From positions 744,001-808,000 of the forward strand of contig JADEYG010000012.1 of assembly GCA_016906335.1 (NCBI GenBank): a stretch of DNA of 64,000 nt. Reading direction: 5' to 3'. Both the position numbers and the translations under genes were made by a program. This document shows, piece by piece, positions 1-13,575 of this stretch; position 1 is the stretch's first letter; each line of letters starts with the position of its first letter. Source of the stretch: Novakomyces olei (lineage: Eukaryota). The notes under the pieces were generated by a model, which was given only the letters and a program-made list of their open reading frames with translations, was not told the DNA's origin and did no database searches.

Positions 1-2
1 CT

Positions 3-1163
3 GTGCACGAGGAACAGACGGTGACGAATGGGATTGAGCCTTTAGCAGACTCGTCTGTTGCCAGTACTCTTGCTCAAAACACGGGTCAATCGCCGACTCA
101 GAATGCCACCAGTTCTAATACTGCAGCTGGAAATACTGCAGCTGGCAATACTGCAGCTGGAAATACGGCTTCTGCCTCTGCAGCGGCAATAGCAATGCAA
201 CGGCAATCGAGTTCGCCCTCTGTAACTAGTGCACGATCCAACACGCAAGGCAATAATATGATGTCCATACTCAAACGAACCTCAACGTCACAATCACGAG
301 ACCCTGCACTGGATCCTTTGGCAGCACGTCACGCAGAGGCAATTCATCAAAAACGTTTGGCCCGGAAAAAACGGCAAGAGGAGTCTGCGGACGATGAAAA
401 CGTTGTTATGGGAACCCGTGTCGCGGAAGGCCATGAGAACTGGGTTATGGCTTATAATATGTTGACCGGTATTCGTGTAGCCGTTTCCCGGACAACAGCA
501 AAATTGAGTCGGAAGCTGACTGATGCTGATTTTGAGGCAAGGCACAAGTTCTCGTTTGACGTTACGGGGAACGAGCTGACGCCCTCTGCAAAGTATGATT
601 TCAAATTCAAGGATTACGCTCCCTGGGTTTTTCGCCGTATTCGAGAAGTCTTTCATGTGGACGCGGCCGACTACCTCATATCGCTGACGGGCAAATATGT
701 GCTGAGCGAGATGGGGACGCCTGGAAAGAGTGGAAGTTTTTTCTATTTTTCCCGAGACTACCGGTTCATCATCAAGACGATACACCATGCTGAGCATAAA
801 TTTCTACGGAAAATTTTAAAGAGCTACTACAATCATGTTACCGAGAATCCAGATACCCTGATCTCCCAGTTCTATGGCCTGCATCGGGTGAAGCAGCCAT
901 TCGGTCGCAAAATTCATTTTGTCGTTATGAATAATTTATTTCCCGCCCATCGCGATGTGCATAGGACGTTCGACCTTAAAGGTTCTTCCGTCGGACGGGA
1001 CTATGATGAGAGCAATTTGGAAAAGAATCCGCGCGCTACATTGAAAGATCTCAATTGGCTGCGTAGGGATATGCATCTTTCACTTGGGCCGAAAAAGAAG
1101 GATCTCTTCTTACATATTTTGCACAAAGATGCCGAGGTAGTATTATTATTTATTTATTTATAT

Positions 1164-1230
<67 letters not shown>

Positions 1231-1263
1231 TCTATCTATTTATTTATTTATCTATCTATCTAT

Positions 1264-1334
<71 letters not shown>

Positions 1335-1359
1335 TCTATTTATTTATTTATCTATCTAT

Positions 1360-1402
<43 letters not shown>

Positions 1403-2514
1403 TTTGATACTAACAGCCCTAGTTTATGGCAAAGGAAGGCATAATGGACTATAGTTTGTTGGTAGGTATCCACGATTTACGGCGTGGAAACAAGGACAGA
1501 GTGCGAGATGCCACGTTATCCGTATTCAACCCGAACAAGACTCGGCAACAGCCAACGGCTTCTCAGGCTCAGAATGCGAATGACAACAATTCGGCGTCCG
1601 ATAAAGGTAAGGCACATCCAACTTCTATGACAGCTGGAAACCTCAAACGCATGATCAGTCACACGTCACCAATGCCGTTTGAAACTGACAGCGATGATGA
1701 ATCGGATACGGACAATCGAGATCACATGTTTTACCATGAACACGGTGGTATTCAGGCCACAGACATCCACAATCATCCCGTCGATGAAATTTATTACATT
1801 GGTATCATCGACCTTTTGACCTGTTACTCTTGGAGAAAGAAAGTGGAAAACTTTTGGAAAGGGCTTCACAGTCCGAGGTCCCAAATCTCGGCAGTCCCTC
1901 CTGCGGATTATGCAAGGAGGTTTTTAACATTTATTGAAAAGAGTGTTCGCGCTGCTGGTGGGTCTATAAAATCGAGCAGGCAGCCCGACCAAGACCAGCA
2001 GGCGCAGGCTCAAACTCGACAGATCCAGGCTCGTGATACTTCTCAGGAAGATGCTGAAAAGCAAAAGGTTCAAAACCACGAAAACGATCTTCAGGAGCCG
2101 GAAAAGCAACAAAAACAGTCTTTGCCTCACTCTCAGCCGGAACCCGCGGCGGAGGCTCAGGTATTAGACGGTAAAAAGGAGGCTAAGACTAATAATTCAC
2201 CTGCACCCGCAACAACGCGCGAAGAGAAGCATTTTCTCAAGTCTGTCGAGCAGGCCAAAAAGCAAAAAGGCCGCTCTTCTGCTGATGAGGGTGAAGGTGT
2301 ACAAAACGAGATTCATACGGAAAAGATAAATGTTGATGGTACGTCTCTAGTCATTCCAGTTGTTTACCAGCGGAAAAACCTGGAGGACAATGTAGAGAAT
2401 GCGCATTCGAAGCCGGCAGCCAAGGATAAGGACGACAGCAAATTAAAGTTGCATAACGGGGAAGACCCCAAGAGCGCGGCAAAGCTGTTGGTCGCGCAGA
2501 ATGGTATCGGTTAA
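3..2514 (+). CDS. its3/MSS4: Phosphatidylinositol-4-phosphate 5-kinase (Mss4/Its3 family), probably 5'-truncated by the window edge; exons ..1136 and 1423-2514
   Basis: PIPK motifs FKFKDYAPWVF, GKSGSFFYFS, FDLKGS, MDYSLLVGIH and GIIDLL. Intron 1137-1422 (GTAGTA..TACTAAC..TAG) joins DAE|FMAKEGIMDYS in frame. Confidence 0.95.
1141..1405. repeat. (ATTT)n microsatellite with occasional ATCT variants filling the PIP5K intron
   Basis: Directly visible, about 265 bp. Confidence 0.98.
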
Positions 2515-2873
2515 GAGCAGGTTTCTGTGCAATGTTAATATGTGCCATATTGTGGACATTTCGGTATACCCAAGTGATTTGAGCTATATATAAATTGGAG
2601 CTGTGTATGACCATTCAGTGAAGCATTCAGTAGGATTCGAGTAGGCACGTATATAATAATCAACGTTGAATGCTATGAACAGAATTGTGTATAGAATTGT
2701 GAGCTTCCTACATTCATTATTTGTTAAAGGCGACCTAGTATATTTTTTGGTTTGTGGTATGCGCATTTTCCATGAATTATTTAATATTCGTATTAATTAA
2801 TATATATATTATATATATATTAAGATTTGAACTAAAGGCTAAAGCGAAGAACACACATACGTGCACAAGAGGC

Positions 2874-5800
2874 ATGAGGTTGGAGGTCTTTTACCGTTCA
2901 CTAGCTTTTCTAGTATCAGTATGTTTGGCAAAGACCGTCGATTTCGATGCGAAATCTCCTGGTTTGAATGTTCATGTCAATGCCTCCTTCTCCAGTGTGC
3001 CGATCTTGGCAGAGCTATTGTAATGATAAGAACAAGTTCAATTTAAATTCAAATTTAAATTTAAAAATTAAAATTAAAAAATAAAAAGAATATCAAACAA
3101 AAATTATATGAAAAGCCAGAATCTTTCAACTTGATCATCCACTGACTCTCTTCAATAGTGAAGCGGTATCGGCAGAATCACAACGTCTCGGGTTTCTTTT
3201 GCTTCGAGATTTAGACGACAATGTCGCCAGCAAAAATGCGGAGACGGTTTACAAGAGTGCCTTGCAGGTTCTAGCTGCAATTCCTCAAATTGAGGATTTT
3301 GGGTCTCAAAGTTTAATTGAAACTTTAAAGCTTTCCGTGTCCCTGCGCGAATATGTACCGGCGGTGCAGTACCAGCATCAGCTCTATTCAGCACTGAGAC
3401 AAAATGCGGGGGACCCAGGCTGTCCTCACTTTGTCACGTACAATGGTCGAGATTACTGTACGGTGGAATCGTTCATGGACGTTGATTTAAAAAGCAAAGG
3501 ATACGACGAGTAAGAATGCATCTATATGATATTTTAATTCTTTTTATATTTTGTTTCGGTTTAGTTTATTGTTTTACAAGACATTTGTTTTCATCTCTTT
3601 TCCTGCCACAGTCTAACATTTAAGGCGCCTGTTACCGCGACATGTATACTATGGAAAGGCGAGCGCTCAAGACAGCGTCGCAGTTTTAAACATTGATCCA
3701 AGTATTGCAGGCTACCGCGATCTTCTTGTCGCTGCATTGCAGAAGGCAGACGCAGGTCATTTAAAGGTCGGATTAGTGCTAAAGCCGCCCAAATCGGTAC
3801 AAGAATTACCTCCATTGGCCGTTTCCGGGTACGGTGTTGATCTAGCCCTTAAACGGACTGATTATTTGGTTGTCGACGACCGGGATGCAAAGGCTTCTGG
3901 TGACGCAACCAGTTTGAAACAAGGTCTAGAGACAATTAGCAACACTGATCTCAAAGCTCTGGGATTTAAAGCTGCCGATATGATTATGAAGGCCAAAGAT
4001 CCCTTTGAATCCTTTATTGAATTGAGTGCTAATTTCCCCTCTCATGTATCAGAAATTGCCTCTCACTCTGAACGTGGTGCTGTGCGTGACGAAATTCGTA
4101 GTAATCACCGCAATATGATCCGAGCTGGACGAAACTTTGTATGGATTAATGGTGTAGGCATCAATGAGGAGGAAACAGACGTTTTCCGACTAATGACGTA
4201 CATTAGAGAAGAGCGTCGAGTTATCGACAGCCTTGTACATCTTGGAATTTCTCCACAGAACGCGATCAGCTTTTTAACCAGTGAAAGCCTGAACGATTTG
4301 ACGGGAAAAGATGAGTTTGCACGCTTCGATTTTCGTGAGACATTGCGTGAACAAGAGCAACCTCCCGTTTTAATATGGCTGAATGATCTAAGAAGCGATA
4401 AGCGCTATCAAAATTGGCCAAATAGTATTCTTGCGATGCTTACACCTATTCAGCCAGGCCAGTATCATAGGCTTAGACGCAATATGCACAATCTTGTGTA
4501 CTATATCGATATCTCAAAGGCCAGCCAGATCCAAAGCATTGCAAAGGAGGTTGATATGCTGATGAAAAGGGCAATCCCTGTCCGATTTGGCATCGTACCC
4601 ATCATAAACATCGATGACGCGGATTCTGATTCGAGGTTACTAGCAAAACTGTTTTATTACCTTGTATACTCTTACGGGTCCGAAGCCGGCTTCAACTTTC
4701 TCCTTAAAGTCTCTGAAGCGTTAAGTAATGGTGAAATGCCGAAAGATTTTGCTGAATCAGCCTTTTTGGCCATTGATGGTTCGTTTGAGCGTCCTTCTAT
4801 TGACGAGTATGAGAAGGCAATTGGTGCCGATGCTGGTTTAGACGCTGATCTAGACCAAATGGGCCTGCATGATGAGCGGCCCAAGAACAAGCCAAAGGCT
4901 CCAGAGTCAGAGTTTTCCCGTATGCTGGGTACCTCTTCATTTGTGCAAATTTTGGAAAGTCCAGAGTTTGAAGCAGTTCTTCGCATGGCAATCGGCTGGG
5001 GAAGACGATTGGATTTGGATGATGAGCCGGCTGTAATCGCAAATGGTCGCATAATTGAAAAGTCCGATTCTTATATGCAGCAAGTCGGAATGAGCTTTAC
5101 CACTGATGTGCCTTTGTACCAAGAAGCCATCATCCAAGAGAAGCTTAAAGAAGATTCTGATCCTTTAGACGTCTTGTTAGCAGGTGCGCCCTCAAGGAGG
5201 AGCAGGTTTATTGATCCCATCGACGGCATTACGGAATACGTAAACGTCCCAAATGTCTTGAGCGAAAGCAATCTTGATACAAGTGCTTTACCCCAATTGG
5301 TTTCGGGGAGCGATGAGTTGGAAGCTTTTATCATTGGAGACTTTGATAGTCCATTTGTTGCGGAAAATATTGGTTTGATTGAGGACAAGTTGAAGGAAAA
5401 CAATGTTAGGGTTTTGTTTGTGCATAATCCGCGACTGGAAGAGCAAACAGAAGCACATTTCTCCACTAAACTAGCCCAGTATTCTCTTGATTCTTTATGG
5501 AATTTTAAAGAGGCAATAAACGCCACTATTGGTTACACTCCGTCTCCTGAAGATTTAGTGCATGCTGCTAAAACGTGGGCTGGTAGCTCTGCGTTTGTTG
5601 ATTCCTGTGGCGTTAAACCGGGCGATTTCGTTTTAATAGTGAATGGTCGCCTTGTTGGGCCGTTGAACAAGTCAAAGCGACTAATGCGGCCAGAAAGCAT
5701 TGATTCTATTGTGTCTAGCATTAAAACAAAATACATAAAGCCAGTTCAGCTGGTTCTCGAGGATTTAAATGTTCGATCAAGCGCAAAGTAAGAAACTTTT

Positions 5801-7955
5801 CTTTTATTTCTTTTTCTTTTCTTTTATTTAATTATTGTCAATTTCATTTTCTCTTACCTTCAATTCTGTCTTTCTTCGTATACTAATTCATCAATTAGAC
5901 AAGAAAGCTTTACTGCACGCGTCACGTCCGTGCTGGCCGATGCTCAAGCGGCCAAACGGGTCCATACTTATATCGCGCCTGACAAAAAGTATCGGACTAA
6001 AGTTTACGAGCAAATGGCTACGACGTATTCGTCTTTTAGCAGGGGAAATTGGCGGACATCCCGAGTCCATGTAGTTGCGATCGCTGATCCACTGAGTGAA
6101 TTTGCTCAGAAATGGTCAATTTTGGCCAAACAATTGTCTCATGTCGATGGCGTGGCTGTAAAAGTGATCCTGAATCCAGAGAACGTTCTGCTTAAAGTGC
6201 CACTGAAGCGTTACTACAATATATCATTTAGTAGCGAGCCGACTTTTGATGTGAATGGGTATGTTGAGTTTGGTACTTCTTTCTTCTTTCTTTCTTTCTT
6301 TCTTTCTTTCTTTATCTTTATTCTTTTCTTATCTCAACTAATATATTTGCAGTAGTTTTGTAGACCCGCATGTCGAGATTGGCAGCCTGCCAACACAAAC
6401 GCTATTTACTACCAAAATTGACGCTCCGCTCTCCTGGATTGTCGTCCAAAGCGAAGCTGTAAGCGATCTGGATAATCTTACGTTCGACGACGAGCAAGAT
6501 ATCGTTGAGGCCACATTTTTACTGAAAAACATTCTTGTCGAAGGCCATGCCTCTGATGCTTTTACCAATCGTCCGCCGGCAGGAGCAGAGCTTGTTCTCG
6601 CCGATGGATCAGGTCGACGGCATTTGGACACTATTGTTATGGCCAACTTGGGTTACTTTCAGTTCAAAGCCGAACCCGGTCTATGGACATTGGGGCTAAA
6701 AGATGGCAGATCATCACAGATTTTTACAATCACGGAGACTGTGGATTTCGTGCATCGTACAGGCAGCAATACTCCCTCTAATGGATCTGACCGTATAGTT
6801 CTGGACAGTTTCCAAGGCACCACAGTATTCCCACATTTAGCTCGTCGGCCTGGCGAGGAGCGCGCCCCTGTACTTGCACCGCTGCAGGAGTCCAACTCGG
6901 CGATTTTTGGACACACTAAAAATGTTCTATTAAAGCTAAAGAAAATGAGCGGTATTTCGCAAAAAGCGAGTCAAAATGCAGATGGCAATCTGGCGGATAT
7001 CAACATTTTTTGTGTTGCCAGTGGTCATTTGTACGAGCGCTTTATATACATTATGGTACAAAGTGTGATGGAGCACACGCAGAGTTCCGTGAAATTCTGG
7101 TTCATTGAAAATTACTTGTCACCGAGTTTTAGAAAATTTATTCCCGTCCTGGCTCAGCGGTACGGATTCGACTATGATTATGTTACATACCAATGGCCAC
7201 GCTGGTTACGGCCACAAAAAGAAAAGCAGCGGGAAATTTGGGGCTATAAAATCCTGTTTCTAGATGTTATTTTCCCTCTAGATTTGAAAAAAGTCATATT
7301 TGTCGATGCGGACCAGATTGTTCGTGAGGACTTGGCGAAACTAAATCAAGTTGATTTGCAAGGCGCACCCTATGGCTACGTTCCCATGTGCGACTCGAGA
7401 AAAGAGATAGAGGGCTTCAGGTTTTGGAAGCAAGGCTTTTGGGCAAAACATTTGGCTGGAAAGCCATATCATATAAGCGCACTCTACGTTGTCGACCTCG
7501 AACGGTTCCGCCAGCTTGCTGCCGGTGACATTTTGCGGCAGCAGTATCATGCTTTGAGTGCAGATGAAAACAGTCTCTCTAACTTGGACCAGGATCTGCC
7601 GAATTTTCTGCAGTCAGTGCTTCCGATACACTCGCTAGACCAGGACTGGCTGTGGTGTGAGACCTGGTGTAGCGATGAAAGCCTCAAACGCGCAAAGACC
7701 ATAGATTTATGTAACAATCCAATGACCAAGGAGCCCAAGCTTGTACGTGCTCGCCGTCAGATACCAGAATGGACTCGGTATGATGAGAGTGCAGCTGCTT
7801 TGGCTAGATCTTTGGCAGCAAACGAGTCGGATGATTCTCTGCAAAATATTGCAGACACGGTGGATAATATTGCAAGGGAAAAGGATAAAAATGCAGGCTC
7901 AAAGGGGCTGGAAAAGCAGTCGGGAAAGGATACAGCTGGCCATGACGAGCTCTAG
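2874..7955 (+). CDS. gpt1 (UGGT): UDP-glucose:glycoprotein glucosyltransferase; exons 2874-3019, 3159-3509, 3625-5787, 5899-6258, 6353-7955
   Basis: Signal peptide, SGYGVDLALKRTDY, GT24 domain (INIFCVASGHLYERF, FVDADQ, NLDQDLPN, WLWCETWC) and C-terminal HDEL. Four GT-AG introns restore one frame. Confidence 0.95.
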
Positions 7956-8096
7956 ACTCGTCAGTGCAATACTGATGGAGCGTAAAATACCAAGAGAAAC
8001 ATGGAATGTAGTAAAACGGCTTCATGGGTATCGATGCTAAACTAAAACGAACCTCTTCTTAAACTATTATCACGAAAAGAACACAAAATAGGTAAA

Positions 8097-8762
8097 TCAA
8101 GACCGGATTGCCAACCAATCTTGTTTGAGCGTAATCTGTTGCTCTAATTCCGCAATCTCCATCTCCAAAGCATTAATTCCAGAATCGCTTATCTCGGGAT
8201 TTGCTGCTATAGCCGCGGCAGATTGGCTGGTAACACCGAGTTCCTGACGCCGATACATTTCGTCCAATGTCTGCTGTTGCTCTTCTACTTTGGAAGCAAG
8301 ATTCGCTACACTTTGTGTTTGCTCGTTCCACCGCTGCAAAATGACTTGAAGCTCCGTCTCCAAGCCTTCTACGGGACTATTTAGACCTGTTAGCGCATTG
8401 CTGGTAACCTATAATCTCCATACTAGATTTCGAGTAGCTTTTGTGCAGCCAGGACGTAGACATCCGCACCGTAAGTAGCGTCTTTCAGCTTTAGCGGAGA
8501 CACAATCTCGCCCGTTTGCGATCTGTTCATTTAATTAATAAACAAGATCAATTGGGGAAACTTACACGTGAACACGAGGCGTGTTGCTCGCGCCGTCAAT
8601 TGTAAACAGCCGATGCTCAAACAACTGTGGATCTCTGATCAAATTTACAATATCTGGTGTTGCTAGCATGGCATTCGTGTATATCTGCCTATTTTCGAAT
8701 TTTTGCCGCGTCATTTCATCGCTAAGCGCATCCAGATTGGCCAAATGCCGATCGAGTAGCAT
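8097..8762 (-). CDS. spc34: DASH/Dam1 complex subunit Spc34; exons 8762-8566, 8522-8424, 8376-8097
   Basis: N-terminus FENRQIYTNAMLATPDIVNLIRDPQLFEHRLF resembles Spc34, followed by a coiled-coil C-terminus. Introns 8523-8565 and 8377-8423 give a continuous frame. Confidence 0.8.
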
Positions 8763-8802
8763 CGCGTTGTTTAGCTGTCTTTTATTTACTGGAGGTCATC
8801 TG

Positions 8803-9033
<231 letters not shown>

Positions 9034-9118
9034 TAAAACTCATTATATATATGTAACGAAGTTATTGTATGCAAATAGTCATTCGTCATCACGGAGCCAA
9101 AGCGATCCAGTCAAAAGA

Positions 9119-10881
9119 ATGGTTTCGACGAGACGTTCGGCGAAGAAAGAGCAAGAAGAAGGCGCGGCAGCTCAAGCAGCAGTTGTTCCACAAGAGCAAT
9201 TGCCAGATGATTCAGCAGCACAGATGCACGTGGACTCTGACGAAGGCCGGAACATCGAAACTGCGGTCAATGGTACAACGCGTCCTTTGGCATCAAAGCT
9301 TACTAACCTCCAGATCTCAAATCCAAGTTTGCCCAACTGGAAGATGCAGTTTCACAGAGCGAGCCACGTATGACTAACAGAGTACTGCGAACGCTTTCCG
9401 GTACGCGAGCCAGCTTGTCAGGCGCTGTTTTGGCAGCGGTGACCTCGGAAGTATTTGCGTTTGAGCCTCAAGTGGCAAACGAGCTTTTGCAACTGATTGG
9501 TCAGGTAAATTTAAATTATTTCTTCTTTATCTTAAAAGAAATATCTAGTTTTTCATCATACTCAATTGCATTGACTACATGTCCTTGTGTCAACTTTTCT
9601 TTTGGTTTTTCTCTTTCTTTTTCCCCTGGTAGTTTGGATCGTTTATTCGTGTTTTATACTAATTTTGTTTTTTAGCAAAGAGATTTGGCCAAGAACCCCA
9701 AACCGGCTCTGCCCGAGGTTCAGTTTTACATTTATCTCTTGTATATGATATTTTTATTGGACCAAGGCAAACTCGATGCGGGAACGGCTTTGGCTGATGC
9801 AGTTGTTGAAAAGTTGACTGCAGTGAGCCGGCGTACAATGGACCAGATTGCGGCAAAAATATATTTTTACTATTCTCGCCTGCACGAGTTAGGAGGCTCG
9901 CTTGATACAATAAGAGCGTAAGTTAATATGTGTGTACAGTAGATCTGACTTTATAGACAGCTGCTGCGTGTTCACAAGTTGGCTACATTGCGGCACGATA
10001 CAGAGACACAGGCAATGCTTCTGACTCTTTTAATGCGCAATTTTATCGCTTATTCGCTCTACGATCAAGCTGACAAGCTTATAAGCAAAGCGCATTTTCC
10101 CATGGAGGCGAGCAACGCGCTCGTAGTCCGTCATCAGTATTATTTGGGCCGTGTTAGGGCAATTCAATTGGATTACTCTGGCAGCCATGACCTTTTAGTC
10201 TCTGCTCTGCGTAAAGCGCCGCACGTAAAGGCAGCTGCTGGTTTCATTCAGCAGGTGACGAAGCTGAGCATTGTAGTGGATCTGCTCATGGGAGACATAC
10301 CTGATCGTTCTGTGTTCCGTGAGCCCATGCTGGAGCGATCTCTTGTTCCTTATCGTGATATCGTTCAGGCTGTGCGAGTCGGCGACCTTGCGCTTTTCTC
10401 TGAAGCGTTTCAACGCCACGCTGCAGGCTTCAGGGCTGATGCGAATTATAGTTTAATCTCTCGGCTTCGACATAGTGTGATCAAGACCGGTCTTCGTATG
10501 ATTTCGCTGAGCTATAGCAAGATATCTATTCGAGATATTTGCTTGCGGCTTTCGCTCGAGAGTGAAGAATCAGCCGAGTACATTGTAGCCAAAGCCATCC
10601 GTGATCAGGTTATCGATGCTACACTGGACCATGAAAAGGGAATTATGCAGAGCAAAGAATTGCTAGACGTTTATGCAACGACAGAGCCCCGTGCCGCTTT
10701 CCGGGAAAGAATTCGCTTTTGTTTAGACTTGCACAATGACAGTGTCAAGGCAATGAGATTCCCTATGAATGCCCACAAGCGCGAGCTTGAAAACGTTGAG
10801 GCAGCACGTCGACGTATGGAGAAGGAAATTGCTGAAGTTGATCTGGACAATGACGATCTGGATGCGGACGGTGAATTTTAA
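9119..10881 (+). CDS. rpn3: 26S proteasome lid subunit Rpn3; exons 9119-9272, 9314-9504, 9676-9917, 9957-10881
   Basis: RRTMDQIAAKIYFYY, YYLGRVRAIQLDY, PCI domain (ISLSYSKISIRDICLRLSL), RIRFCLDLHNDSVKAMRFP. Three GT-AG introns. Confidence 0.95.
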
Positions 10882-11782
10882 GCGTGGCAGTGACGTGACG
10901 GGTGGAGGATCGAAAGCGTTGTTGCACATGATTTAAACAAGACATTATGACGCAGATTAGTGACTACAATGGATTCTATTATTGTAGAAATTGCCATTTA
11001 GGAACATTAATATTGGTATAATTTCCTCCAGCTAGCTATTTTAGCAACTACTTAATTGACGTGGCAGTCAGTATCTACAAATTGTTCTATAGAATTATAT
11101 TATTAAAGCTTTGTAAGACAAACGTTCTTCCACGCAGAAGATGAACAAATTAAGCGACAAGTGTGAGCGTATAATGGTTGTGAAATTGATGTAGTATTTT
11201 AAAAATTGAGTTAGAAAGTATTAGGAGCAAAGAGGTCTACAAAATACGAATTTACGAATGTCGCTTAAAAATGCCTTTCCAGATGTATTAGGATTCGTTT
11301 ATACGTGCTCAGAATGATCGACAAAATAAGTCGCGTCTTAGTCACAACAGTTGCATTAGTCATAAGCAAGTAATATACTACAGTTTACAATTGCACAAAT
11401 GATGGTGCAGTCTTCACGTAATAATGAGTCACGCTTACATGAATGACGGCAAAGTAACACTACAAATAAGCCATGCTGACTGTTTTTACCTGCCTAAGTC
11501 ATGATCCAAACGGCCATTATAATAACTCCGTTTGCCTCTGCAACTGGCCGCTGACAAATTGTTCCATTAATAATTCTTACTATGCCTTTACGTCCAAGTA
11601 AATCGAAAAAAAATTATATTAAAGCTCAGAGAAGGCGGGAGACGTCCAGAAAACCCGGTATAAAATTATCGTAAAGAACGACACAGCTTTGGCAAATCGA
11701 TTAACCATACACACACACTTGCACGCTCACACGTCTACACTTTGTCAGTTGTGCGGATACGACAAGGACCGCACGCATATAG

Positions 11783-12677
<895 letters not shown>

Positions 12678-13095
12678 ATCTGGGACTGATCTGCGGTTTT
12701 CGCACTAAATTTCTTAATCCCCAATTATGTTTTTGAACATTTTATGTGAATTATTAAGGTTTAACAAGTTTATCAGGCTCTATAATGTCTGCTGTATCTT
12801 ATATTTCCCTGTCTGTTCGACATGCCCTAGCATCTGCGACCTTAATTACGCTAATATTAGATTCAATTGCCCTTAGCGTTATTTTATATTTGCCAGTACT
12901 CAATGAATATGCAAGCGACCTTCGATTCAATGGACAAATAGACTATGGCTGCTATTGGAAAGAGCAATTTACAAAAGATAAGGCAAAGAAAATCAAAAAT
13001 GAGAAAAACCATAAGAAAAAATCCAGAGAAGAGCACAAGGAGTTTTTCAAGCTTCTTATTCATGAATTAAGGTCTGTCTGAAAGATTTATGCGTA

Positions 13096-13575
13096 TTACG
13101 TTGCAGGGTCGTCACCTTCACTTGCGGCACAAAATATGACTCGTGCCCCAAAAAACCCTCCATGGGTCTTTTTAGTCGCTATGCAATAAGCGGCCAGTGA
13201 GATATCTTCCGATTGTGAAAAAAGATGGCCTTCTCCACACGCCAGAATCTTGCCATCTTTAGGATAAGTCCCGTCTTCCACACCAAGTACGCCATTCTCA
13301 TCTTCATTTTCGCCATAGACAATTTTGCGGATGGAGATAGCTGGCTCCGGAGGGAAAAGGCTCTCCTCTGTCTCCTCGTAGTTCTCGTCACCCAAAAGCT
13401 TTTTGAAGAGAGCAAAATTGAGTGTATCTTCGCTGCCTTCGTGGCGTAGGAAGATAGGCTCAAACAAGCTTTCTTTTGATGTGCCATATTCTATAGGCAA
13501 GTAAGTTGTCTTGAGAATGTCAAACTCGGGATTTGATGTAATCTCGTCGGGGATTGCAGACTGATCAGATGCCAT
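13096..13575 (-). CDS. Intronless acidic 159-aa hypothetical protein, possible remote NuiA (nuclease A inhibitor)-like fold
   Basis: ATG at 13575 after an A-rich leader (AAAACAAAAGCAAAGATAATG), TATA-like AATATATAA about 70 bp upstream, globular composition. The family assignment is by eye only. Confidence 0.7.
   Translation of the reverse strand: MASDQSAIPDEITSNPEFDILKTTYLPIEYGTSKESLFEPIFLRHEGSEDTLNFALFKKLLGDENYEETEESLFPPEPAISIRKIVYGENEDENGVLGVEDGTYPKDGKILACGEGHLFSQSEDISLAAYCIATKKTHGGFFGARVIFCAASEGDDPAT

Noticed and set aside
12785-13081. 98-aa ATG ORF with hydrophobic and Lys-rich halves
   Set aside because: Lies in convergent 3' UTRs; the Lys run mirrors a T-rich antisense UTR; no recognisable homology.
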